Shown here: positions 40,525-51,919 of the stretch, piece by piece
How positions within the stretch are numbered: the stretch's first letter is position 1
Layout: the number at the start of each line of letters is the position of its first letter
Source: an uncultured Gemmatimonadales bacterium
GTDB lineage: Bacteria > Gemmatimonadota > Gemmatimonadetes > Longimicrobiales > Gaopeijiaceae
Length of the DNA: 64,000 nucleotides
NCBI GenBank assembly: GCA_963823035.1
Contig: CAWGKG010000010.1
Coordinates: forward strand, 320,001-384,000
Direction of reading: 5' to 3'
The notes under the pieces: generated by a model
What the model saw: only the letters and a program-made list of their open reading frames with translations
What the model was told of the DNA's origin: nothing
The model's database searches: none
Program-made: the position numbers and the translations under genes

Positions 40525-43297
40525 CTACTGCAGCTTCCAGCTCATCCCGAGCGAGAAGGACCGGCCGAGCGTATACCGATAGCGGACCACGTCGCCCTGC
40601 AGCTCCTCGTAGGGGGCGTCGAGCAGGTTCTTCGCGTCGAACTTGCCCGTCATCCCGCTTTTCAAGGGGAAGCGCACGGAGAAGTCGAGCAGGTGGCGCG
40701 GCTGCTCGTACGTGTCCACGGTGATCGGCGTGACGGCCGCCGACGTGATGCGCTTGCCGACCACGTTGTAGAGGAGCGTGGCGCTGAGGGCGTCGGAGGT
40801 CGCTGGTCCACGTCATCCCGGCGTTCACCACGTACGGCGCCTGGCCGACCATGGGCCGGTTGTCGTTGGTGAGGGCCGACAGCGTGCTGTTGCTCGTGTT
40901 GATTCGGCTCCTCATGAGCGTCGCGTTCGCGAACATCGACATCGGGTCCAGCGCGGGGGAGAGGAAGCCGAGACGCTTCCGCAGCTCGAGCTCCACCCCG
41001 TAGTTCGTCGCCGAGGCGGCGTTGATGAAGCTGAGCTGCGACACCCCGGAGGTGGCGACGTCGATCTGCTCGATCGGATCGGCGAAGCGCTTCGCGAACA
41101 GGCCGATGCTCACGACCTCGTCGTACGTCGGATACCACTCCCAGCGCGCGTCGTAGTTCTGCACCAGCGTGCGCACCAGGCTGGAGTCGCCGAAGACCTC
41201 CCGCTCGCCGAGCATGTCGCGGTACGAGATCGGGGCGAGCTCGCGGTATTCGGGACGGGCCAGCGTCTGCGACGCGGACAGGCGCAGCGTCTGGCTCTCG
41301 GACAGCTTCACGTTGAACGCGAGCGAAGGAAGGACATCCGTGTTCGTGCGCGTGATGTCCACCACCGCCTGGCTGGTCGGCTCGGCGGACATCTCCAGGT
41401 TCCACCGCTCCATCCGCGCGCCGCCGATGACGCGAATGCGCGAGCCCAGCGGGATCTCCGCCATCGCGAAGCCGGCCGTGACGCGATCGGTGGCGTCGTA
41501 GCTGCCGCCGCTCGAGTTCGGCTCCAGCGCGATCTTCGCGGCGGCGCCCGCGGTATACTCGCCGTAGAAGAGGTCCTCGGGCGTGGCGGCGCGCTGCGCG
41601 GCGTCGAGCCCGAGAGCGCGCAGGTTGTACGAGACGCTGTGGGCGTTCCGCTGGGTGTCCCGGTAGTCGCCGCCGACCTTCACCGAGGCGCCGCCGAGCT
41701 TCAACTCGTAGTCGAGGTGCGTCCCGAGCACGTCCTCGGACAGGTCCCCGGACGTACGCTTGGCCGCCTCGGGGATGAAGCCGAGCCACGCGAGCGGGAG
41801 TCGCTCGCCCGTGGGCGCGAACTCGTAGCCGTAGGCCAGATCCGACCGGTCCGGCTCGGCGCGCGACACCGCCGAGGAGGTCCCGGACCACGTGACGCGT
41901 TGGCGCTCGCCCAGTTGGTGTTCCCCGCGCACCTGCACGGAGCGGACCGTTCGCTCCACATAGCGCATCGAGGTGCGGCGCACGCTGTCGACCTGCTGGA
42001 ACTCCTCGAGCGTGCCCCAGTCGAGGTGCGCCGAGTTGTCGGCGGTGCGGTCGTACGTGCCGTTGAGCTCGAGCTTCGTGCCCGTGCCGAGGTAGGTACT
42101 GAGGTTCACCAGTCCACCCCACAGCACACTCGTCTGACCCGTGCTGCCGTCGAAGATGTTGTAGGGGATGGGCGTGCCCTGCTGGTCCCCGGGCACCGCG
42201 CGGGCGCGGATCTCACCCTGGTGCACTTCCTGGCTTCGCGAATAGGACAACGCGCCCGTGTACCCGATCCTCCGCCCGAGGACGGGGTCCTCACCGCCGA
42301 ACGACAGGCTGCCTGAGACGTTGGGCTTGCCGGCCGCCTGGCTGAGCGTCCAGTCGCGGGGGAATCCCCGGATCAGGCCGTTCACGTCGCTGCGCGTGAG
42401 CCGTGAGAAGTCGGAGACGTCGGTGAGCGCGGACGGGAGGCGCCGGTCCGCCGCCGCCATGCCGAGCCACTCCCCTCCGGTCGCGACCGGGAAGGGGATG
42501 TCCTTGCCCGTGGCGCGGTCGTTGAAGCCGCCCGAGAGGGAGAACTGGAACATGCGATGCGCCGGGAACGAGCGCGTCTTCAAGTTGACCTGGGCGCCAC
42601 TGAAGTCGCCGGGCTGGTCCGGCGTGAAGGTCTTCGACGTCGTGATCGCCTCGAGCAGGCCGGCGGGGAAGAGGTCGAGGGGAACCTCCTTCTTCTCCGG
42701 CTCGGGGCTGGGAACCCGCGTTCCGTTGAGGGAGGTGGTGGTGTACCGCTCGCCCAGGCCACGCACGAAGACGTACTTGCCGTCCCGGACGGTGACGCCG
42801 CTGACGCGCTGAACGGCCTGGGCCGCGTCGCTGTCGGGGCTCCTCGCGATCTGTTCGGCCGTGGTGGAGCTCATGACCCCGACCGCGGAGCGCTGCGCGT
42901 TCAGGGCGGAGCTCACGGAGCCGTTCTCCCGCGCGGCGGATACCGTGACGCCCTCCAACTCGATCGCTGTGGACACGAGAGAGACGTTCTGGACGACCGT
43001 CTCCCCGGCCGGCAGGACGATGCCTTCGACCGTCTTCTCCCCGTGACCCAGGTAGACCACGTGCAAGCTGAGCGTCCCCGCGGGCACGCGCACGAGAACG
43101 AAGCGACCGTCCACGCCCGAGAGGGCGCCCACGTTGGTGCCCCGGACCGTCACCTGAGCTCCGATGAGCGCCGCTCCGGTCTCCCCGTCGACGACCCGGC
43201 CGACGATGCGTCCGGAGCCGGTCTGGGCCGAAGCGGGGCCGCCGCACAGGACGGTGAGGGCGAGGGGAACGAGCAGCGAGCGGGAAAGAAGGCTCAT
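40525..43297 (-). CDS. TonB-dependent receptor (apparent indel ~40790)
   Basis: Signal peptide, carboxypeptidase-like N-domain, plug (VFVRGLGERY, VPLDLFP), barrel, C-terminal NLLD...GRSFSLGMSWKL. Confidence 0.92.
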
Positions 43298-43403
43298 ACG
43301 TGGGGGTCCTTCGTTCGGAGGCCAGCCTGCGAAACGGCCCGGACGAGCCGGGCCAGCACGCACCAAAGGTGTGCTCGGAACCGCGCGATTCCGGGAACAT
43401 CCG

Positions 43404-43419
43404 GTCACTGTTGCGTAAC
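43404..43419 (-). promoter_or_regulatory. Putative Pho box
   Basis: Minus strand GTTAC-N6-GTGAC about 110 nt upstream of the TBDR start. Confidence 0.6.
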
Positions 43420-43578
43420 GGTTCGCGGCATCGCCCGGACCGCGAAGCGGGCGCCCTCGCCGGCCTCGCGGAGTCGTGGCCGTGGCGTGTCCGGATCGAA
43501 CCCGTATCGTGCCTTCGTGGACCGGGCGTGACCGGATCCGTTGCCGAACCGACGCCCGGAACCCGTGAACGGGACGGT

Positions 43579-43594
43579 TTTACGCATTCGTTAC
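43579..43594 (+). promoter_or_regulatory. Possible weaker Pho box
   Basis: TTTAC-N6-GTTAC upstream of the LeuA-like/phoB unit. Confidence 0.35.
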
Positions 43595-43775
43595 CTAGTG
43601 CGGGCGGGCCCCGTTACCGCCTCCTCCTAACCTTGGGTCGCCAGTCGGCCGACCCGTCCACCCGCGAGGAGTCCTTGGGCCGCCACTCCACGAAGGCCAC
43701 GTCCGTGCCGCGCTCCGACCCGTCGGCGTATGTTCAGGGCCTGTGCCAGCCGCGCGGACCAACGGCCGGGGAGCC

Positions 43776-45009
43776 ATGGACGAGAAGGATCTGATCTACG
43801 ATTGGAGCCGCCAGGACGGCGCCTTCGACTGGTCGACCGTTCGGCGCGTCGAGTTGGACGACGAGACGCTGCGCGACGGACTGCAGAGCGCGTCGGTGGT
43901 GGATCCGCCCATCGAGGACAAGATCCGCCTGCTGCATCTCATGGACCGGCTGGGCATCCACACCGCCGACGTGGGGCTGCCGGGCGCGGGGCCACGGGCC
44001 GTGGAGGCCGTGACCGCGCTGGCGCGGGAGATCGTCGACGCGAAGCTCTCCATCCGCCCGAATTGCGCGGCGCGAACGCTCATCGCCGACGTGCGGCCGG
44101 TGGCCGAGATCTCCCAGAAGGTCGGCATCCCGATCGAGGCGTGCACCTTCATCGGCAGCTCGCCGATCCGGCAGTACGCGGAAGGGTGGACGCTCGCGAA
44201 GATGCTCAAGGTCTCCGAGGAGGCCGTGACCTTCGCGGTACGCGAAGGTCTGCCGGTCATGTTCGTGACCGAGGACACGACGCGGGCCCGCCCCGAGGTG
44301 CTCAGGGCGCTCTACGGGCGCGCGATCGAGTGGGGCGCGAAGCGGCTGTGCATCGCCGACACGGTCGGCCACGCCACGCCGGATTCGGCCCGCGCGGTGG
44401 TGCGCTTCGTCCTCGAGCAGATCGTGGCGCCCCTCCGGCGAGGACGTGGAGGTCGACTGGCACGGTCATCGGGACCGGGGGCTGGGGCTGGCCAACGCGA
44501 TGGCCGCGATCGAGGCGGGCGCGACGCGGGTGCACGGATCCGCGCTGGGCATCGGGGAGCGGTGCGGCAACGTCGAGATGGACCTCTTGCTCGTGAACCT
44601 GGTGCTCCTGGGCGTGCACGAGGCCGACCTGTCCGTACTGGTGGACTACTGCGAGCTGACGTCACGGGCCTGTCGCGTTCCCCTGCCGCCCTCCTATCCC
44701 GGTCGTGGGCCGGGACGCCTTCCGCACGGCGACCGGCGTACACGCCGCGGCGATCGTGAAGGCGGAGAAGAAGGGCGACGCCTGGCTGGCGGACCGCATC
44801 TACTCGGGCGTGCCCGCCTCCCTGGTGGGGCGTCAACAGGTGATCGAGATCAGCCCATGTCGGGGCTGTCGAACGTCAAGCACTGGCTGAAGAACCACGG
44901 CTACGACGCCGAGGACGAAGCGCTGTGCGGCCGGCTGTTCGAGGCGGCCAAGCACACGGACCACACATTCACCGAGGAAGAGCTGCACACCCTCTGTCGC
45001 GGCACCTAG
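43776..45009 (+). CDS. LeuA-family (DRE-TIM) acetyl-CoA condensing enzyme lacking regulatory domain (apparent indels ~44435, ~44700, ~44855)
   Basis: DETLRDGLQ, IADTVG, WHGHRDRGLG, GIGERCGN, AFRTATGVHA. Confidence 0.82.
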
Positions 45010-45043
45010 CCGCCGGGGAGCGGGCTCTTCGAGGCGCGCTCCC

Positions 45044-45805
45044 ATGAACCAGACAGCCCTGAAGGTCAGCATGGAAAGCTCCCAGGACTCCGCCGCGGTA
45101 CCTCGCGTTCTGGTGGTGGAGGACGAGTCGGATATCGCCGCGCTCATCGCGTACCAGCTGACGAGGGAGGGCTTCCGCGTCGAGACCGCTGGAACCGGGA
45201 TCGAGGCGCTGCAGGCCATCGCGCGCGACATCCCGGACCTGGTGGTGCTGGACCGGATGCTCCCGGGCCTCACCGGGGACGAGGTGCTGCTGCGGCTCAA
45301 GGAAGAGTCCGCGACCTCGAACATCCCGGTGCTCGTGCTCACCGCGAAGCGTGAGCAGGAGGATCGCATCAAGGGCTTCGAGCTCGGCGCGGACGACTAC
45401 CTCACGAAGCCGTTCAGCCCGCGCGAGCTGGTGCTGCGCGTCCAGGCGATCCTGCGCCGGGTCAAGGAGGCAGGCGTGACGGCGGGCGGGCGGGTGCTGC
45501 GTGCCGGGCCCATCCGGGTCGACCTCGGCTCGCACGAGGCCACGCTGGACGGGACGGAGCTGAACCTGACGCCGACGGAGTTCCGGCTCCTGCAGGCGCT
45601 CATGGAGCGGCGGGGGCGGACGCAGAGCCGGAAGCAGCTCCTCGAGAAGGCGTGGGATGTGGAGCCGGGCGCGTCCGAGCGGATTCAGACGCGCACCGTG
45701 GACATGCACGTGCGGCGCCTGAGGGGGAAGCTCGGGCCCACGGGCGACTGGATCGAGACGATCCGGGGATTCGGCTACCGGCTCAAGGTGCCCGACGGGC
45801 TGTGA
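45044..45805 (+). CDS. phoB: Phosphate regulon response regulator
   Basis: OmpR-family REC + wHTH (RTVDMHVRRLR, ETIRGFGY); context with phoR/pstB/phoU. Confidence 0.85.
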   Translation: MNQTALKVSMESSQDSAAVPRVLVVEDESDIAALIAYQLTREGFRVETAGTGIEALQAIARDIPDLVVLDRMLPGLTGDEVLLRLKEESATSNIPVLVLTAKREQEDRIKGFELGADDYLTKPFSPRELVLRVQAILRRVKEAGVTAGGRVLRAGPIRVDLGSHEATLDGTELNLTPTEFRLLQALMERRGRTQSRKQLLEKAWDVEPGASERIQTRTVDMHVRRLRGKLGPTGDWIETIRGFGYRLKVPDGL

Positions 45806-45818
45806 GCTTTGAAGCGAC

Positions 45819-45834
45819 GTGACGGAACTGTAAC
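45819..45834 (+). promoter_or_regulatory. Putative Pho box
   Basis: GTGAC-N6-GTAAC between phoB and porin. Confidence 0.65.
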
Positions 45835-45888
45835 ATTCCGCGCGTCGGAGGGGTTTCTCCCCCTCGGCTCACTCTCGAAAGGGACCCC

Positions 45889-46942
45889 ATGCCCCGTCTT
45901 CCGTCCGCCGCGGTCGGTGCGCTCCTGGTCTGCGCGCCGGGGCTCGCGGCGCAGTCCGCCTCCGCTCCACCCGCTCCGACGCTGACGCTGGGCGGCGAGG
46001 TGAACGTGCAGTACACCGCGTCCTCCGTGGACGCGTACCCGAGCGGCTTCACCCTGCGTCGAGTGCGCCTCAACGGCACCTTCGTGGTGAACGAGCTCAT
46101 GGACGCGCACGTCCAGGCCGAGCTCGCCGCGACGGGGGGCGCCGAGCTGCGCGACGCGTGGGTGCGCTTCACCTTCTCGCCGGCGCTGAAGCTCTCCGCC
46201 GGGCAGTTCAAGCGCGCCTTCGACCTCTTCGAGCTGGACAGCTTCACGGACCTCTCGCTGATCGAGCGCGACGGCCGGGTTGGTGGCGTGAGCACATGCA
46301 CCGGCGTGGGGAGCGTGTGCTCCTACTCCCGCTTCACCGAGGGGCTGGGGTACGCCGGCCGCGACCAGGGCGTTCGGCTCGAGGGCACGGCCGAGCGCGT
46401 GAGCTACATGGCGACCGCCACGAACGGTACCGGCCAGAACGCGCCCGAGGACGACCAGGCGAAGTCGCTGTCGGGGCGCGTCTCCGTGGAGGTGGCGCGC
46501 CGGGTCGCCGTCGGCGCCCAGCTCGCACTCCACGAGCGGTCGGACACGCTCGACGGCACGCACCACGCCTCCGCCTGGTCCGCGGACATCAGCTACGGCG
46601 CCTTTCGCAGCGGACTCCTCCTCCAGGCCGCCCTGGCGGGCGGGGACAACTGGGGGGCCGATCGCGGGGACCGGGGCGCCGACCTTCCTCGCGATGCAGG
46701 GGATGGCGGCATGGTACGTGCCCGTCGAGGGGCGCCGCCTGGAGGCGGTGGAGCCCCTGCTGCGCCTGAGCTGGGGCGACCCCGACACGGACGCGACGGA
46801 CGACGCGGGGCTCCTGGTGACGCCCGGCTTCATGCTCTACGTCGCCGGGAAGAACAAGATCGGCTTCAACCTCGACGTATGGTCGCCCCGGACGGGTGAC
46901 ACCGAGTACTCCCTGAAGATCCAGTCCTACCTCCACATCTGA
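45889..46942 (+). CDS. OprO/OprP-like phosphate-selective porin (apparent indel ~46670)
   Basis: Signal peptide, FTLRRVRL, LRDAW, GQFKRAF, GRDQG motifs. Confidence 0.78.
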
Positions 46943-46951
46943 CTTCGGCTC

Positions 46952-48689
46952 GTGCGCTTCCGTATCCACCACGCGCTCTTCGGCGGCTTCCTGGGGGTCA
47001 TCGGGCTGCTGGTGCTCCTCATCGTCGGGCTGGTGGGATCGGGGCTCCGGAGAGATCTCCTCGGCACGTACCGGACGGAGCTGCGTCGGGAGATGGACCT
47101 CGCCTCCTGGATCGTCGAGCGTACGGAGGCCCGCGACGCGGACTCGGTGGCGCGGGCGATCACCGAGCGCATCGGCTACCGGGTCTCGCTCATCGACACA
47201 TCAGGGGTCGTGCTCGGCGATTCGTACGTCGAGGCGCCGCGTATGGGAGAGGTCGAGAACCACCGCACGCGCCCCGAGGTGGTGGGCGCCCTGGCGGGTG
47301 AGGACCTCACGTTCGCCAGGCGCACGAGCGCGACGGTGGGCCTGCCCCTCCTGTACGCGGCCCGCCTGGTGCGCTTCCGGGACGAGCCGGTCGTCCTGCG
47401 CGTGGCCGCTCCGCTGGACACGGTGGAGGGGACGGTCGACCGGGTGCAGCGGACCGTGGCGCTCACCGGCCTCGCCGCCACGATGCTGGCGTTGCTGCTC
47501 GCCTACTGGCTGAGCCACCTCCTGGCACGCCCGCTCGTGGTCCTGGCCGAGCGCGCGCGCGTGCTCGCCTCCGGGGACTTCTCCGTGCGAGCGCCGCGCG
47601 TGCGCGGCATTGCCGAGCTGGCCGACCTGGCGCACGCGGTCAACCGGTTGACGGAGCAGCTGCAGACCCGCCTCGCGGAGATGCGCCGCGACCGCGACGA
47701 GATGAGCGCACTGATCGACACGATGGCCGAGGGCGTGGTGGCGCTCACGGACGACGCCCGCGTCCTGCGCGCGAACCGGGCTGCGCACATCCTCCTCGGG
47801 CTACCGCGGGACGTCCCGCCCTTCGCGCCGGTGGGCTCGCTCGTGCGCCACGAGGAGCTGCGCGAGCTCATGGAGGAATCGGTGGTGCACCCCCTCCAGA
47901 CGCGGGAGATCCAGGTGCGCAACCGTGTGCTCCTGGTGGCCTCGCGCAAGCTGGATTCGGGAGGGGCGGTCACGACCTTCCTGGACGTGACCGAGACGCG
48001 GCGCCTGGAACGCGTCCGCCGCGACTTCGTGGCCAACGCGTCGCACGAGCTGAAGACGCCGCTCACCTCCATCCGCGGGTTCGCGGAGACGCTGCTGGAG
48101 GGCGACCCGCCGCCACCCCTCAAGGATCAGTTCCTGCGCGCCATCCGCGACAACACCCTGCGCCTGCAGCGTCTGGTGGAGGACCTGCTCGACCTCTCCC
48201 GCCTCGAGTCCGGGGGGTGGAGCGCCGCTGCGCGAGGAGGTGTCGGTGGCCTCCGTGGCGGAGGAGGCGTGGATCCAGTTCGAGGAGAGCGCGGCCGAGC
48301 GCGGCGTCGAGTTCGACATCGAGGGCGACGTGGTCGCCCTGGCCGACGAGCGCGGGCTCGTGCAGATCTTTCGCAACCTCATGGAGAACGCGCTGCGGCA
48401 CACCGAAGAAGATGGACACCTGCATCTGCACATCACCACGCCCGCACCCGGCATCGCGGAAGTCGCCTTCGCCGACGACGGGGAGGGCATCCCCTCGCGG
48501 GCGCTGCCCAGGATCTTCGAGCGCTTCTACCGGGCGGATTCCTCGCGCGCCCGGGACATCGGCGGGACCGGTCTGGGTCTGGCCATCGTTCGCCACCTCG
48601 TGGAGGCGATGGGCGGCCAGGTGTGGGCGGAGAGCGAGCTGGGGCAGGGTACCACGATCCGCTTCACGCTGGTGGTGCGGAAGCCGTGA
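46952..48689 (+). CDS. phoR: PhoR-like sensor histidine kinase (apparent indel ~48230)
   Basis: [51 protein letters not shown]. Confidence 0.88.
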
Positions 48690-48700
48690 CGGGCGGGCGC

Positions 48701-48727
48701 GTTACCGCCATGTTATGGTCCCGTCGA
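48701..48727 (+). promoter_or_regulatory. Putative Pho box
   Basis: GTTAC-N6-GTTAT-N6-GTCGA upstream of pstB. Confidence 0.62.
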
Positions 48728-48801
48728 CGAGTCCTCGCCACTCCGATCTATTCTTCCGGGCCGCGGGCCGTTCTGCGAGCACCCCGTCGTCCACGCGACT
48801 G

Positions 48802-49584
48802 ATGCCCACGATCCACACCATCGACACCGGTGGGCGCGAGCCCGCCCTGGAAGCCCGCGACGTCTCCGTCTTCTACGGGAAGACGGAGGCCGTGAAGAAG
48901 GTCTCGCTGGTCATCCCCGCGAATCGGGTCGTCGCGCTGATCGGGCCCTCCGGATGCGGGAAGAGCACGCTGCTCCGGTGCTTCAACCGTATGAACGACC
49001 TGATCGTGGGCGCGCGGGTCAGGGGCGAGGTGAACTTCCAGGGGAAGAACCTCTACGACGACGACGTGGACCCGACCGAGGTCCGGCGACGGATCGGGAT
49101 GGTGTTCCAGAAGCCGAACCCCTTCCCGAAGTCCATCTACGACAACGCGGCCTTCGGTCCTCGTCTCAACGGCTTCAAGGGGGACCTGGACATGCTCGTG
49201 CAGGAGTCGCTGACGCGCGCGGCGCTGTGGGACGAGGTACAGGATCGTCTCGGCGTCTCGGCCTACGACCTCTCGGGCGGACAGCAGCAGCGGCTGTGCA
49301 TCGCGCGCGCTCTCGCCGTGAAGCCGGAGATCCTGCTCATGGACGAGCCCGCCTCGGCCCTCGACCCCATCGCCACGCAGCGCATCGAGGAGCTCATCTA
49401 CGAGCTGAAGAAGGACTACACGATCGTCATCGTCACGCACAACATGCAGCAGGCGGCGCGCGTCTCCGACTACACGGCCTTCCTGTACATGGGCGATCTC
49501 ATCGAGTACGGTCCGACCGAGACCATCTTCACCGCTCCTCGGGAGGAGCGGACCGAGGCGTACGTGACCGGGAGATTCGGATGA
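48802..49584 (+). CDS. pstB: Phosphate ABC transporter ATPase
   Basis: [49 protein letters not shown]. Confidence 0.95.
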   Translation: MPTIHTIDTGGREPALEARDVSVFYGKTEAVKKVSLVIPANRVVALIGPSGCGKSTLLRCFNRMNDLIVGARVRGEVNFQGKNLYDDDVDPTEVRRRIGMVFQKPNPFPKSIYDNAAFGPRLNGFKGDLDMLVQESLTRAALWDEVQDRLGVSAYDLSGGQQQRLCIARALAVKPEILLMDEPASALDPIATQRIEELIYELKKDYTIVIVTHNMQQAARVSDYTAFLYMGDLIEYGPTETIFTAPREERTEAYVTGRFG

Positions 49585-50351
49585 ACACGGAACAGATGCG
49601 GCGCCGACACTTCCACGACGAGTTGGACACGTTGCAGCAGCGCCTCATGGAGATGGCCGGGATCGTGGAGCGCATCGTCGCGCAGGCGGTCCAGGCCGTC
49701 CTGGACCGCGACTCCAGCGTCGCGGCCGAGATCATCCGCGCCGACGACCGCGTGGACGAGCTCGAGGTGGAGGTGGACGAGCGCGTGACCGAGCTGCTCG
49801 CGCTTTTCCAGCCCATGGCCACGGACCTGCGCCAGATCATCGCGACCAACAAGGTGGCCAACGACCTGGAGCGGGTCGGGGACCATGCGGTCAACATCGC
49901 CAAGGCCGCCCGCCGCCTGGTCGACACGAGCCCGCTGCCCGAGCTGCGCGAGTTGAGCGAGATGGCGAGCATCACCCGCGAGATGCTGTCCGACGCGCTC
50001 GCGGCCTTCGTGTCGCGCAACGCGGGCACGGCCCGCATGGTGTGCGTCACGGACGACAAGGTGGACAACCTGCGCCGGTCGCTCTTCCGGATCCTGGTCA
50101 CGCACATGCTCGAGGATCCCAAGCGCATCGGCGGCGCCCTCGAGCTGCTGCTGGTCTCGCAGAACCTGGAGCGCGTGGCGGACCTGTCCACCAACATCTC
50201 GGAGGATGTCGTCTTCCTGGTCGAGGGGCGCACGATCAAGCACGGCGCCGAAGGCCATCACGCAGTGGGTGACGACGAGAGAGGAGGTCTCCTGACGGGC
50301 CCTGGTGACGGTGCGCCCGGTCCGTTGCCAAGCAGCTGTGCGCGCCGGTAG
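49581..50351 (+). CDS. phoU: Phosphate signalling protein PhoU (true stop may be ~50295)
   Basis: [35 protein letters not shown]. Confidence 0.93.
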   Translation: MNTEQMRRRHFHDELDTLQQRLMEMAGIVERIVAQAVQAVLDRDSSVAAEIIRADDRVDELEVEVDERVTELLALFQPMATDLRQIIATNKVANDLERVGDHAVNIAKAARRLVDTSPLPELRELSEMASITREMLSDALAAFVSRNAGTARMVCVTDDKVDNLRRSLFRILVTHMLEDPKRIGGALELLLVSQNLERVADLSTNISEDVVFLVEGRTIKHGAEGHHAVGDDERGGLLTGPGDGAPGPLPSSCARR

Positions 50352-50360
50352 TCTTTGCGG

Positions 50361-51290
50361 ATGTCGGACGACGCCACCGAGCGAAAGGGGCGCGCGGAGG
50401 CGCGCATGGAGGATCCGGGTAACGGACGCGAGTTGGTCGCCATGCCCCGCGGCGAGGGGGTGGACGAGGCCGTCGAGCAGCTTCTGGACGAGGTGGGCAC
50501 CGAGACCGAGCCACAGCCCATCTTCGACTTGGGTAGACTGCGCGGGCAGGTGGCGATCGTCACCGGCGGATCCAGCGGCATCGGACGCGCCATCGTGCTC
50601 GAGCTGGCCCGGTGCGGGCTCCACATCGGCTTCTGCTTCCTGGACGACGGGCCCACCTCGCGCATCGAGGCGCAGGACGTGGCGCGCCAGCTCCGCCAGG
50701 CCGAGGTACGCACGTACTTCCGGCCCTGCGACGTGCGCGAGCCGGGCGACGTGAAGTCGTTCGTGGCCGAGGTGATCGCAGAGCTCGGCGGCGTGCACAT
50801 CCTCGTCAACAACGCGGGGATCGGCCGCGACGGCGCGCTGTGGCGCATGGCCGACCACGAGTGGGACGCCGTGGTGCGCACGAACCTGGACGGTGCCTTC
50901 TTCTTCACGCGCGCCGTGGCCCAGCACATGCGGGCGCAGGAGTACGGCAAGATCGTCAACATCACTTCCGTGCACGGGATACGCGCGGAGTTCGGGCTGG
51001 TCAACTACGCGGCGTCCAAGGCCGGCATGATCGGGCTGACCCGGAGCGCCGCGATCGAGCTGGGGCCGCGCAACATCAACGTCAACGCGGTCGCGCCCGG
51101 CTACATCCGCACCACACGCCTCACCGCCGGCGTGCCTCTCGAGCTCCTGGACCGGGCGCGCGAGCGCTCGGCGCTCGGCCGCCTCGGCGACCCGCAGGAC
51201 GTGGCGGACGCGGTGCTCTTCCTGGTCTCGGAGTCGGCGCGCCACATCACCGGCACGGTGCTCCCGGTCGACGGCGGTTACCTGCTGTAG
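50361..51290 (+). CDS. FabG-like SDR oxidoreductase
   Basis: TGGSSGIG, NNAGI, NYAASKAG, ITGTVLPVDGG; start uncertain. Confidence 0.88.
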   Translation: MSDDATERKGRAEARMEDPGNGRELVAMPRGEGVDEAVEQLLDEVGTETEPQPIFDLGRLRGQVAIVTGGSSGIGRAIVLELARCGLHIGFCFLDDGPTSRIEAQDVARQLRQAEVRTYFRPCDVREPGDVKSFVAEVIAELGGVHILVNNAGIGRDGALWRMADHEWDAVVRTNLDGAFFFTRAVAQHMRAQEYGKIVNITSVHGIRAEFGLVNYAASKAGMIGLTRSAAIELGPRNINVNAVAPGYIRTTRLTAGVPLELLDRARERSALGRLGDPQDVADAVLFLVSESARHITGTVLPVDGGYLL

Positions 51291-51352
51291 CCCCGCCGCG
51301 CGAGGAGCGGCCGGACGTTGCGACGGACCCTCCCACCCCGCATTCTGGGCCG

Positions 51353-51919
51353 ATGCCTTTCCTGAGACGCCTCGCGCGCGCCGTCGACACGCTGAACAAC
51401 CGCATCGGCGCGAGCATCCGCTGGCTGGCCCTGATCATGATCCTGGTCGGGGCCTTCAACGCCATCGCCCGTTACCTGACCCGCTACACCGGGGTGGCGC
51501 TCAGCTCGAACGCGTACTTCGACCTCCAGTGGTACTTCTTCAGCCTGATCTTCCTGCTGGGGGCGGCGTACGGGCTCCAGCACGACGTGCACGTGCGCGT
51601 CGACGTCCTGTACGCGCGGCTGAGCCGCAAGGCGCGCGCGTGGATCGACCTGGCCGGCACGGTGCTCTTCCTGATCCCGTTCTGCGTGTTGATGCTGTGG
51701 GTGTCGTGGCCCGCCGTGCGGAACTCGTGGTCGATCCGGGAGACGTCGCCGGACCCGGGGGGCCTGCCACGTTATCCGATCAAGACCGTGATCCTCCTCT
51801 CGTTCGGCCTCCTCCTCCTGCAGGCTCTGAGCCAGCTGCTGAAGCAGGTGGACGTCCTTCGTGACCACGAGGCGGCCGCGGCGCGCGATCTCGAACCGAA
51901 GCACGAGGGCCACCTGTGA
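51353..51919 (+). CDS. TRAP transporter small permease (DctQ)
   Basis: HVRVDVLY, ETSPDPGGLP, 4 TMs. Confidence 0.9.
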   Translation: MPFLRRLARAVDTLNNRIGASIRWLALIMILVGAFNAIARYLTRYTGVALSSNAYFDLQWYFFSLIFLLGAAYGLQHDVHVRVDVLYARLSRKARAWIDLAGTVLFLIPFCVLMLWVSWPAVRNSWSIRETSPDPGGLPRYPIKTVILLSFGLLLLQALSQLLKQVDVLRDHEAAAARDLEPKHEGHL

